Of a stretch of DNA of 64,000 nt, positions 1 through 14,600 are shown piece after piece. How positions within the stretch are numbered: position 1 is the first letter of the stretch; every line of letters starts with the position of its first letter. Source of the DNA: Cyanophora paradoxa CCMP329 (Eukaryota > Plantae > Glaucophyta); contig QPMI01000408.1 of the NCBI GenBank assembly GCA_004431415.1, forward strand, positions 558,001-622,000. The letters are read 5' to 3'. The notes under the pieces are model-generated. The model did not search any database. It saw nothing but the letters and a program-made list of their open reading frames with translations, and was not told the origin of the DNA. The position numbers were made by a program, and so were the translations under genes.

Positions 1-2292
1 TCTCGGCTCCCCCGTCCCCGCTCGCCTCGCGCCGGCCAGCACGACCTACTGGAACTTCTTCCAGAGGATCCTCGTCACACCATCATTCGCCAGCGCGTCC
101 CCGGGACCTAGCGAGGCCGCCGCTGATCACGACCTGGTGCGCTGCGAGATCTTTGTGCCAGCCCTTCATGCGCGGCGTTACTCGATCGTGACGCGCGGTT
201 CCCAGCCAGATTTTACAACCGTGGATGACGGTGATCAGGGCCCTGGCCTACCCGCAACCGGGCACGCGCCCTTGTACACGAGCGAGGGCGAGGTGCGAAA
301 CCGAAGCCACGCGGTCGTGTGTCGCGCTCCCGCGGCGCGCTGACGCAACCGCACAGCTCCTAGTATCGATTCCCATCTCTGGCGTCTGGCCCGATGCAGA
401 TCAGACTGCCCTACTCGAGGAGCTCTTTTGGACGAACAAGCACCCGTCGGTGCGTGGAGTTCGCGCGCGCGAGAGGCTTCCCCTTTTCCGCTCGAGTAGT
501 TTCCTGCAATCTCGTGTTGCAATTGGGTATCGTTTGACATGACCCAGCTGCTTTCAAAAGATTGCAACAATAACGCTTCCTGAAGATATTGGGTGGCCTC
601 TTATGCCTCCCCGATATAATACGAAGCCACACGCACATTTATTCGCTTACTTTAAAGTTCTTGTCACCCTTTTTTTTTCTATGCGGCCTTGCATCATTTG
701 AATGGGTCCGCGCGGCAGGACGGGGACGTCACCCTGGTGTCGTATCAAACGAGGCTTACAGGCCCACAAGTCATCCAGTGGTCCGCGAGCGATATTCGGA
801 TGCACTGTCTTCGAATCTCAACGCACCGACGCGCGCGCTCAGGCTGAAGAAGAGGCGCCTGGTCGCGAAGATGGGCCTGACGGCCGACGTCGCCAACGCG
901 CTTTTCGAGGCCTTCGACGCGGACACGAAGCCCTCCGTGCGTCGCCCTCGCCTCTTTACTACCGGCGCGGCACGCTCAGACGCGCACTCGCGCAGGACGC
1001 GGCGGTCGAAGAGCTCTCGTCGGCGTCAGGCTTGACCGTTGGGGACGTTATCTCCTTCTTCTCGAAGATGCGCACGCTCTCCATCGGATCGGCGATCTCT
1101 CCGGGCAGCATCCGCACCGCCCGCGGCCGGAAATTGGTCCGCTCTTTGTGCCGCATTTACATTAAATTGTCGCCCACGAGCTCTCTCCCTCGCAGGAGGA
1201 TTTCTTCGCGAAGCAGCAGACGCCAACGGTGCGCTCGAATTTTTTCTAGCGAGGATGCTGTCCGGGGGGCGCGCCGCTGACGCCTGCGGCAGAACGAGGA
1301 AGTGAAGTATATCGCCAAGGCTGTCGGCATCAGCAAGTTCGAGGCCATCAACTGGTTCCGGCAGGTGCGCACGGGCTGCCGGGGTCGTCTTCTCCCCCTC
1401 CCTTGCGCCCCCGCTGAGTGCCCCTCCCAGAGGCGCAAGCTGCCGCACATCGCCCCGGGAAAGCTGGCGGAAGCCGACGAGGCGACGTTGGAGACGTTCA
1501 TCTCGGTAGCCGCCTCCGGCGCGGGGGGAAAGGTGCGAGGGTACCCGTCCGTCAGCGCCCCCTCCGCCTGATTTGCGAAACAGGTCCCGACGACATTCAA
1601 GCCCTTCAAGTACGGGAACAAGCTCGCGCCTATCGAGTCCAAGGCGTCGGACGCTGAGGGCGAGGGCGAGGGCGAGGAGGCGGATGAGGTGGACGACGAG
1701 AACAGGCCGTGGACCCGGGAGGAGAAGCAGCAGGCGATGCGACAGTATATGCGGGAGGAGGACGACGACGACTTCCTCGGCCCCAGGAGCGCCCGCGCGC
1801 GGAGGCCACGGGCGGGTGCGGACAGCGAGTCGAGTGCCGGTCGGCGGCCGGGAAGCTTCCGCGTGCGGGACGACGCCCAGCCCGCAGCTTCGACCGCAGC
1901 GAGTGGCGCGGCCCCGCAAGAGAGGACGGCGGCGCGAGGCGGTTCGGGCGTAGCGGGCCTCAGCGGTTCTCTGGAGGAAGGAGCAGGGACACCCAGAGCT
2001 TTGGGACTGAAGTCGGACAGCAAAGTGGCGATAGCTCCACGCGCCCGTCTCAAGGCGAGCGAGGAGGCAACGGTCGAAGCAGCTGGGGCGAGGAACGTGG
2101 GGGCGCGACAGAGATTCGCGTGGCGGGCGCAGTTTCGGCGGTCGCAGCTTTGGCGGGCGGGCACCGACTGGGCGGGGCGGAGGTCCTCGCAGCAGCGAGC
2201 GTGGGAGACGTCCGGCATTGGAAGGTGGCTGGGGTCGGGCAGTCCGCCCAGCACCCAGCAAGCCATCCGCTGGCGACGACTTTGAATGGTAA
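1..2292 (+). CDS. Triple homeodomain-like protein with acidic and RG/RGG-rich tail, copy A (5' end upstream of window; two 1-bp homopolymer frameshifts in last exon relative to copy B)
   Basis: Manual splicing at GT-AG introns gives QTALLEELFWTNKHPS|DGDVTLVSYQTRLTGPQVIQW|LKKRR, then ANALFEAFDADTKPS|DAAVEELSSASGLTVGDVISFFSKMR, then RKL|EDFFAKQQTPT|NEEVKYIAKAVGISKFEAINWFRQ|RRK: three homeodomain-spaced repeats. Missing C at ~1881 and G at ~2100 versus copy B. Confidence 0.7.
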
Positions 2293-3153
2293 CCGCATTT
2301 TTTAGCCGTAGGAGCCAGGCAAGTGTTATTTTCAATAGGAACGACGAAAATATATTTAGGAGTCTGTGATTTCAAGTGCAATCGAGACAATCAATTTCAA
2401 CATTTTGACTGATCACGTCTACTTACTTGTGGCACACTCGCTGGCCCAGAGTCACTGAGTTAGATCATGCCCATGCATATGAGATTGAGGTTCTAATGAA
2501 TGAGACTGAGAGCCGCGGGCCGGACTCCGGGATCTGGAGCCGCTACAGCATGCACAGGTATTACGTAATTACTCAGTAAGACAGACAGTGACCGGTGACT
2601 CAGTGACCACCCGGCCTGGCACCCGACCAGTACACTGTGACAAGGACAGACTGGAGCGCTAGATGCAGGCAATCACTTGCCATTGGCCACTGCGCCACGG
2701 CGGCACGTACCAGGCCCTGAGGTCCTGGTGATCGGTACCAGGCCCTGACTCAGTGAGATGGACATCATGGCATGGGCCCCGGAGCCATGCCAGAATCAAG
2801 ATCACGATCAGCGCTAGCATGCGCAATTACGATAACGATCAGCTAGATCAAGCTCAGCTCAGGCCAGGGAGCTAAGAATTTAAGATTACATCCATAGCTA
2901 TAGCTATAACTACGACAGGGGCGATTATAACAACTGTTGAACAGGCACATCATGGCTCCGGTCACCGGGTATACGTAGGCATGATGGCATGATGGCAACA
3001 GGCACATACCAATGGCATGATGTGCCGGCGCCGCGGCGCCCAAATCGGTACTCAGAATACCGATTTACCGAAACCCAAAATACCAAATCCCCACATAAAC
3101 CCCCACTGTATTGTACACGAGCGAGCAACAATCTAACTATGGAACAGCCAAGC

Positions 3154-3534
3154 TCAAAGCCATCTTTTGTCGTCCTTTGGAGGTGGTGTCCACTCTAAAC
3201 AATCAGGGTTCACTGATGCCACTTGCCGGCCCCCTTTGCAGTGCTCCTCAATGACCTGCAAAGCATACATGCATCAGCCAAGAAAAAAACAATTCTCCAA
3301 GTTTTAAAAAAAAAGAACAGACTTGTTTTGATACAGATACGATGTGCTGGCCCTTGTGGTATTTGATGAGGCCCAGTTTCTGCACATAAAAGAAGAAAAT
3401 GCTCAGCTCATCCTCAGAATAAGTAAACGCAAAAACCAACTACCTGCAAAGTCTGAACAATATCCTCTGTCTTGAAGCTCGTCTTTTCGCTGAGGTCCTT
3501 GATGGATACAGACTCAACTTTCTGCACAACTGTT
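3154..3534 (-). pseudogene. 3'-terminal fragment (last 3 exons) of the MYST acetyltransferase gene carried in the duplication
   Basis: Near-identical to 6817-7195; encodes ...SIKDLSEKTSFKTEDIVQTLQ|KLGLIKYHKGQHIVSVSKQ|...WTPPPKDDKRWL*; no upstream exons. Confidence 0.85.
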
Positions 3535-3560
3535 CCACTTTTTTCCTTGATGGATACAGA

Positions 3561-5956
3561 CTGGGCCCGGCGCCCGGTCGGGAGCTCCTTGCTTCCCGAT
3601 CGGCGACGTGCGCGATTGCGCCTGCTCCGACCCAGCGCGTGCTTCTCAAGCGGCGGTCCCTTCTCGGCTCCCCCGTCCCCGCTCGCCTCGCGCCGGCCAG
3701 CACGACCTACTGGAACTTCTTCCAGAGGATCCTCGTCACACCATCATTCGCCAGCGCGTCCCCGGGACCTAGCGAGGCCGCCGCTGATCACGACCTGGTG
3801 CGCTGCGAGATCTTTGTGCCAGCCCTTCATGCGCGGCGTTACTCGATCGTGACGCGCGGTTCCCAGCCAGATTTTACAACCGTGGATGACGGTGATCAGG
3901 GCCCTGGCCTACCCGCAACCGGGCACGCGCCCTTGTACACGAGCGAGGGCGAGGTGCGAAACCGAAGCCACGCGGTCGTGTGTCGCGCTCCCGCGGCGCG
4001 CTGACGCAACCGCACAGCTCCTAGTATCGATTCCCATCTCTGGCGTCTGGCCCGATGCAGATCAGACTGCCCTACTCGAGGAGCTCTTTTGGACGAACAA
4101 GCACCCGTCGGTGCGTGGAGTTCGCGCGCGCGAGAGGCTTCCCCTTTTCCGCTCGAGTAGTTTCCTGCAATCTCGTGTTGCAATTGGGTATCGTTTGACA
4201 TGACCCAGCTGCTTTCAAAAGATTGCAACAATAACGCTTCCTGAAGATATTGGGTGGCCTCTTATGCCTCCCCGATATAATACGAAGCCACACGCACATT
4301 TATTCGCTTACTTTAAAGTTCTTGTCACCCTTTTTTTTTCTATGCGGCCTTGCATCATTTGAATGGGTCCGCGCGGCAGGACGGGGACGTCACCCTGGTG
4401 TCGTATCAAACGAGGCTTACAGGCCCACAAGTCATCCAGTGGTCCGCGAGCGATATTCGGATGCACTGTCTTCGAATCTCAACGCACCGACGCGCGCGCT
4501 CAGGCTGAAGAAGAGGCGCCTGGTCGCGAAGATGGGCCTGACGGCCGACGTCGCCAACGCGCTTTTCGAGGCCTTCGACGCGGACACGAAGCCCTCCGTG
4601 CGTCGCCCTCGCCTCTTTACTACCGGCGCGGCACGCTCAGACGCGCACTCGCGCAGGACGCGGCGGTCGAAGAGCTCTCGTCGGCGTCAGGCTTGACCGT
4701 TGGGGACGTTATCTCCTTCTTCTCGAAGATGCGCACGCTCTCCATCGGATCGGCGATCTCTCCGGGCAGCATCCGCACCGCCCGCGGCCGGAAATTGGTC
4801 CGCTCTTTGTGCCGCATTTACATTAAATTGTCGCCCACGAGCTCTCTCCCTCGCAGGAGGATTTCTTCGCGAAGCAGCAGACGCCAACGGTGCGCTCGAA
4901 TTTTTTCTAGCGAGGATGCTGTCCGGGGGGCGCGCCGCTGACGCCTGCGGCAGAACGAGGAAGTGAAGTATATCGCCAAGGCTGTCGGCATCAGCAAGTT
5001 CGAGGCCATCAACTGGTTCCGGCAGGTGCGCACGGGCTGCCGGGGTCGTCTTCTCCCCCTCCCTTGCGCCCCCGCTGAGTGCCCCTCCCAGAGGCGCAAG
5101 CTGCCGCACATCGCCCCGGGAAAGCTGGCGGAAGCCGACGAGGCGACGTTGGAGACGTTCATCTCGGTAGCCGCCTCCGGCGCGGGGGGAAAGGTGCGAG
5201 GGTACCCCGTCCGTCAGCGCCCCCTCCGCCTGATTTGCGAAACAGGTCCCGACGACATTCAAGCCCTTCAAGTACGGGAACAAGCTCGCGCCTATCGAGT
5301 CCAAGGCGTCGGACGCTGAGGGCGAGGGCGAGGGCGAGGAGGCGGATGAGGTGGACGACGAGAACAGGCCGTGGACCCGGGAGGAGAAGCAGCAGGCGAT
5401 GCGACAGTATATGCGGGAGGAGGACGACGACGACTTCCTCGGCCCCAGGAGCGCCCGCGCGCGGAGGCCACGGGCGGGTGCGGACAGCGAGTCGAGTGCC
5501 GGTCGGCGGCCGGGAAGCTTCCGCGTGCGGGACGACGCCCAGCCCCGCAGCTTCGACCGCAGCGAGTGGCGCGGCCCCGCAAGAGAGGACGGCGGCGCGA
5601 GGCGGTTCGGGCGTAGCGGGCCTCAGCGGTTCTCTGGAGGAAGGAGCAGGGACACCCAGAGCTTTGGGACTGAAGTCGGACAGCAAAGTGGCGATAGCTC
5701 CACGCGCCCGTCTCAAGGCGAGCGAGGAGGCAACGGTCGAAGCAGCTGGGGCGAGGAACGTGGGGGGCGCGACAGAGATTCGCGTGGCGGGCGCAGTTTC
5801 GGCGGTCGCAGCTTTGGCGGGCGGGCACCGACTGGGCGGGGCGGAGGTCCTCGCAGCAGCGAGCGTGGGAGACGTCCGGCATTGGAAGGTGGCTGGGGTC
5901 GGGCAGTCCGCCCAGCACCCAGCAAGCCATCCGCTGGCGACGACTTTGAATGGTAA
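3561..5956 (+). pseudogene. Triple homeodomain/RG-rich gene, copy B: intact reading frame but 5'-truncated by the duplication junction
   Basis: Same exons as copy A; last exon open to DDFEW* (ORF 5351..5956); no in-frame ATG at the junction. Confidence 0.65.
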
Positions 5957-6816
5957 CCGCATTTTTTAGCCGTAGGAGCCAGGCAAGTGTTATTTTCAAT
6001 AGGAACGACGAAAATATATTTAGGAGTCTGTGATTTCAAGTGCAATCGAGACAATCAATTTCAACATTTTGACTGATCACGTCTACTTACTTGTGGCACA
6101 CTCGCTGGCCCAGAGTCACTGAGTTAGATCATGCCCATGCATATGAGATTGAGGTTCTAATGAATGAGACTGAGAGCCGCGGGCCGGACTCCGGGATCTG
6201 GAGCCGCTACAGCATGCACAGGTATTACGTAATTACTCAGTAAGACAGACAGTGACCGGTGACTCAGTGACCACCCGGCCTGGCACCCGACCAGTACACT
6301 GTGACAAGGACAGACTGGAGCGCTAGATGCAGGCAATCACTTGCCATTGGCCACTGCGCCACGGCGGCACGTACCAGGCCCTGAGGTCCTGGTGATCGGT
6401 ACCAGGCCCTGACTCAGTGAGATGGACATCATGGCATGGGCCCGGAGCCATGCCAGAATCAAGATCACGATCAGCGCTAGCATGCGCAATTACGATAACG
6501 ATCAGCTAGATCAAGCTCAGCTCAGGCCAGGGAGCTAAGAATTTAAGATTACATCCATAGCTATAGCTATAACTACGACAGGGGCGATTATAACAACTGT
6601 TGAACAGGCACATCATGGCTCCGGTCACCGGGTATACGTAGGCATGATGGCATGATGGCAACAGGCACATACCAATGGCATGATGTGCCGGCGCCGCGGC
6701 GCCCAAATCGGTACTCAGAATACCGATTTACCGAAACCCAAAATACCAAATCCCCACATAAACCCCCACTGTATTGTACACGAGCGAGCAACAATCTAAC
6801 TATGGAACAGCCAAGC

Positions 6817-9032
<2,216 letters not shown>

Positions 9033-9247
9033 CGCGCCGAGCGAGCCTCGCTGCGGGTGGCGTGGGCCGTGCCGCGGCCCGTGCGACCGACTGGGGTACA
9101 GAACAAGACCGACCAGAAATACCTGCCGGGCGCCCGCAGCAAGGCGCCTACAATTCGTAGCTAAGCGAACCGTACGTAGCTAGCTAAGCTGAATAACCCT
9201 TCCTAGCAAACCGTAGCTAGCTAGCTAGCTGAGTAGCCGTCCTGTAG

Positions 9248-10959
9248 ATGGCGGACGCGTCCAGGGACGCCCCCGCCGCCGCAGCTGCGCCCGAGGCGGC
9301 AACAGATAGCAGGCGGCCGAGCGGAGCGCACGGAGGGGTCGACGGGCCGGCGGGAGGCGGCAGGCGGCCGAGCGGTGGGACGGTTGCTCCGGGAGCTGAT
9401 GGGGGCCGGCGGCCGAGCGGCGGGACGGTCGCTACGGGAGCTGATGGCGGGGAGTCTCTCGCCAGGCGCCTGGAGCAGGAAATCGCTGCACGGAAACTCG
9501 CGGAAGAGACCGCTCAACGAGCGGAGCGGTGGATAATCACCGAAAGGCGTGTACGGCAGCAAGTTGAGGAGGAATACGCCAAGAAGATCGCCGCGCTAGA
9601 GGCTCAAGTCTTCAGGTCAGGCGCTCGGCGCCCACCGAGTGGCCTACCTCGCCGCCCTAAGGCTCGGGTCTTCAGGTCGCTGCGATCGGAGGAAGTTCTG
9701 CGCGAGGCGTCGGAGCTGGAGGAGGAGCTGGATGCGCTGCGAGCGCTGAAGGCTGGGGTGGGCAGCCTGGAGGAAATCAAGGTCATGTGGGATCAGGTAA
9801 TTGACAGGCGGACAGGCGCATAAATCCTTACCTGACGCGCGTCAACAGCACAAATCCGGAGGGACCGCCCTAGAGCGGGAGCGCGAGGAGCTCGCTCGGC
9901 AACGAGACGATTTGGAAAGGAGAGAGGAGGCTCTAGCAGAGAATATGAAGAGGACCGAGATGGCGCTGTCGAAGAGATACGAGGACCGCGAGGCTCAGCG
10001 GTTTAGGGAGGCTGACGAGCTCGCCCGCCGGGCCATTGAGCAGGTCTGTTCTCACTGATTCTGAATGCCCTTATTCCCTGAAGGCGCCCGAATAGGGGCT
10101 TCGAAAGTCGGAAGAGCGAGTGGCTCGACTATCGTCAGAGTTGGAAACGGAATCTTCGGCCCGAAGGGACGCAGAGATGGAGGCGAATGGCATGCGACAG
10201 AGGGCTTTGGCGGCCGAGCAGCGGGAGCAGGCCGCGGTCCTAGCACTCAACGAGCTTCGGAGCCAGGTATTTAGCCTGGAACCTGTTGTTCATCAAACCG
10301 ATCACGGTCGTTTGTTCAGCTTGCAATTCTAGAGTCGCAGCGCGCATCAGCAGTGGAGCTGCAAAGACTTCGTGACGAGGTTGGATTTGTCGTGGCCCCA
10401 GATGGAGCTTCGTCTTAGCTGGGCGCAGGTGGAGATTTCACGGGTTCGATCCGAGCTTGAACTACGCGTTAAATATATGGAGGCGAACCGCAGTAGAGTG
10501 CGTCCTTGCTAATGTCTGGGTGCGAGGCGAACTGCTCATGTCCCTTATCTCCAGCTTGAGGACGAAATAGGGAGGATGCGGGCAGAGCTACAGCTTGCAA
10601 GGCACGATTCAGCTCGAAAATCGGATCAAGTGAAGGTGCTGGCTGAGCAAATCACTCAACTCACACGACGGGTGGATGGCGAGCGCATCGGCCTTGCACA
10701 AGATCTGAATCGTCTTCTGGTGTGTGCCGCCTGGCGAAGCGTGTGAGCGGAGAGGCCGCAAACAATGATCTCTTGCGTGCAGGATGCTGTGCGCGAGGAC
10801 GGGGACGCACCCTTGATCAAATCCCGCAGCCGGCGAGAGCGTATGGTTAGCCCTCAAATGGAACCACATCCAGCTTCGAACAACCTCCAGCCGCAGCACC
10901 TTCCTAACATCATCGGCAGCGCCCCTGCACGCCTTCGCCATGGTCAGCTTCCAGCCTAG
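9248..10959 (+). CDS. Multi-exon coiled-coil protein of unknown function
   Basis: E/R/A/L-rich exons joined by short GT-AG introns; N-terminal 15-aa repeat RRPSGGTVAxGADGG. Confidence 0.65.
9363..9450 (+). repeat. 45-bp coding tandem repeat (2 copies, plus a degenerate copy near 9312)
   Basis: ggcggccgagcggYgggacggtYgctMcgggagctgatgg occurs twice. Confidence 0.8.
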
Positions 10960-11683
10960 TCCAGGGCGCAGCCCAGCCTTCAGCTTTGCCCCGTTGTACG
11001 TCTTTGATTGTGATAACGATTAGAGGTTGGAAGCTAGATTGGGCGTCTTTGATTGCGATTACGACTAGAGGCTACGGTCTGGCCGAGAGAAACAGCGGCG
11101 CAAGGGGTGGGGGTGGAAGGGGGGGGGGGAAGGGAAGGGGGGGGGGGGGCGGGGTCGGGGAGGGGGGTGCGTTGCAACCCCCTTCCTGCCTTGCCGGACC
11201 CAACTGTGCCTAAGCTTCAGGGGGTCAGGGGGGCCCGGGGCGCATTGCTCTCCTAAGGGGGCAACTCAGGGCCCGGCGGCCCCGCGGGCTAGTTTGCTGG
11301 TGGGCTGGGCCGGTGCCCGGCCGGCGGCCTGCGCATGCGGCAGTGGTGCATGCACAGTGTACTTTGCGCATGCAATTGTAGTTGCGGTTCAATTCGTGTC
11401 AACTGAAAATGCGTTTAACTGCCGCCAGGCTGATCATGAATTCCAAATTCGCTCAATTCAAATCACAAGTTAAAGCCGAGACAGCAAGATCGAAAGCTTC
11501 CTGTACCCCTACCAGGGTTCCCGCCACAGCGGCTTTGCGCAATCTGCAGCTCAGCTGGCGCAGCTAAAGCAGCACTGCGCGAATCAGCATCTACGCGAGC
11601 GCGAACTGTCACCTTTGGCAGCTGTCACCTCGGAGGAGAACGCGCACTCACTGGTGCCACTTCGTGGCGTAGTTGCGTGAACC

Positions 11684-14600
11684 ATGGGGCGCATAGTGCG
11701 CCTGGAGATTTCCGACTTCAAGAGCTATGCGGGCCACCAGATTGTTGGACCGTGCGTGTTGCCCCCCAGATCAGCTCCTCGGCGACTCACAAGGTCGCAT
11801 GCGCAGCTTCCGTAACTTTACGTGCATCATCGGCCCGAATGGCGCGGGTGCGCAGCGCTGTCAAGGCGCGCACCTGCGCTAGCGAGCTAACGTACGTGCA
11901 GGCAAGTCCAACCTCATGGAAGCGATTGTGCGATGGCTTTCTGGCGCCGCACGCCACCACATGTTATCTGAATTATGGCGACGCAGAGTTTCGTACTTGG
12001 CGTTCGGTCCCGAGATCTGCGGAGTACGAATCTTAAGGACCTCATCTTTTGCCGCGACGGCGATACAGTCGGGAAGCGAAAGGCCTTCGTTAAGCTTGTC
12101 TACGAGAATGACGATGGCGAGGAGTTGCACTTTACTCGCACCATCACAGCCTCAGGCCAGACTCAGTACTCCATTGGGAACACAGCTGTAACTTGGGACG
12201 AGTACGACGGAAAGCTCCGTCAGCAGCAGATTCTGGTGAAAGCACGTAATTTCCTTGTTTTCCAGGTGCTCCTATTCCACAGTATTTCTCGACGGGGCTG
12301 GCACACATGCTGAAGCTGGGGCAGGGAGACGTAGAGTCTATCGCACAGAAGAACCCCAAGGAGCTAACAAATCTCTTCGAGCAAATTTCAGGCTCTGAAG
12401 AACTGAAGAAGAAGTACGAGGAGGTAAGCAAGGAGCTGTCTTGCATCTGTGCCCAAAAGTAAAACTTGCGTGCCCAGGCTCTTGAGGCGAAAGACAAGGC
12501 GGAGCAAAATACTTCGTTCGCATTCAGCAAGAAGAAAGGCGTGACGGCAGAACGAAAGCAGTACAAGGAACAGAAGGAGGAGGCTGAACGCTATCACCGC
12601 CTTCAAGACGAAGTGGTGTGTGCCCGTTCTGCAGCATTTTTTGTTTTTTCATTTTCTCTGTGCAGGCGGACAAAAAGCTCCAGCTCTTTCTGTTCGAACT
12701 TCACTTTATCGACCAGGCTCTGAAGAAAGAGACATCGGCACTCTCGAATCTCAACAAGGAGCTCTCTGAGGCTGAGACGCGAGCGACGGCATCCCAGGAG
12801 CACCTCAAGGAGAAGAAGAAGGCTCAAGCGACTCTACAGAAGGAGGTTCTGAAAATAGAAAAATCGAGTGCAGCTGTTCGGAGCGAACTTGAGTCCAAGG
12901 TGTGTGCTCGGATGCTATTTTGTCGAAACATTCTCATCATATTCTCTTCAGCGCCCAGAGCTGGAGAAAATCAGGCAGGGAAGCTCTCGCCTCGAGCAGA
13001 AGATCGAGACCAACAAGCGCAGCCGCGAGCGAATCCAGGAAGATCTTGAGAATCAGACTGCGGTGAGGTTCCTCGGCCATCAATACCATCTCAGCTCTCT
13101 AAAGACTTTGCACAGGAAGTGAAAAAGCTTGAGGATGATCTGGACATCATTGTGCAGCAGCTCGAGGATATGGCTTCCGAGGCATCGCAAGGAACGCTGC
13201 AGACGATGGACAAAGAGCTCGAGGAGTACAGTCGGCTGTTCGCAGATTTGTGCTGCTCCCCTTTTTCAGTCCTCTAAGCGAGCTTTGCAGGAAGGAGGAG
13301 CTTGTGAACAAGACAGCGACAGATCAGGCGGCACTAGGCGAAAAGAATCGCATGCAGAAGACAGATAAGGACGACCTGGAAGCTAAACGGATTAAATTGC
13401 AAAGTTTGGAGGTAACTCCTATTCGATTATTCTTTCTTTTGCCGACTCTTCCTTTACCCAGCGACAAGTGGCCGACATGATGAAAACCCAAGCGACCTAC
13501 GAGCGGGATCGTGAAGAGACGGAGGCCAAGATGACTGCAACATCCGAAAGAATTTCTCAGCTTAAAAAGGAACGCCAAGATCTTGTCAGCAAGTTCCAGC
13601 AGACCAAGTGTGTTTCCTTGCTCATGGTCGTGTCTGGTTTGACTTAGTGACTTCGTTTCAGAGCGAAGAGGGATGAGCTCACCGCCCATCTGAAGAGCCT
13701 GGATGAACAACTTGCCCAACTGAAGAATTTGCGCCGCGAAACTGACAAAGAAAAGGATATGACAGAGACTGTTGCCACCTTGGTGCGATTTTTTCTCACA
13801 TGCTCGTCACAGTGACTGATGTGCATGTAGCGTCGACTCTTCCCAGCAGTCCATGGTCGACTGTCGGACCTGTGCAAGCCGAGCCAGCGGAAGTACAACC
13901 GTGCAGCAACCGTGGTCATGGGAAAGAACATGGATTCGGTCGTCGTTGAGACCGAGGCTGTTGCTCGGGACTGCATGAAGGTGTATTCTTTAAGAGTTGT
14001 TTTCAGTCATGCTATGTTTGTCCTAACCACGTTTCTAGTACTTGAAAGACCAGCAGAAGCCTCCGATGACTTTCCTACCTCTGGACACCCTCCGAAATAA
14101 GGCGATTGACGAGGGATTGCGTCAGCTTGGCGGAACCACGAAGCTTCTTGTCGACATTTTGACGTATCCTTTTTGCGGCAGCTCGGTTACTTCCAGCCTG
14201 CAGTGCTTACGTCTTGACTTCCAGGACTTCCTCAGGTTTGAATTGCAATACCAGAAGGCCGTCGTGTATGCTGTGGGCAATACCGTTGTCTTTGACACCC
14301 TTGATGAAGCTCGAAGACTGGCGTTCCGGCCAGAGCAGCGCCTGAAGGGTGCACAGAGTTTGTTGTGTGCTATTTACATAAGATATACTGACTGTCATGA
14401 TACAGCTGTCACACTAGATGGGGTGCAGATCAACAAATCCGGCATCATGACTGGTGGGAGCTCGGGCGGCAGTGATCGCTGGGATGAGAAGGAGGCTCAG
14501 ACTCTCAAAGAGAAAAGGGATACTTGCGCGAAGGAGCTTCACGAACTCAACCGCAGTATCAGTTTCGAAGAACAGGCAGCGAAGCTCCAGAATGACGTTG

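Noticed and set aside
1026-2390. 454-aa and 392-aa minus-strand ORFs
   Set aside because: Antisense shadows of the GC-rich homeodomain gene; not preserved in copy B.
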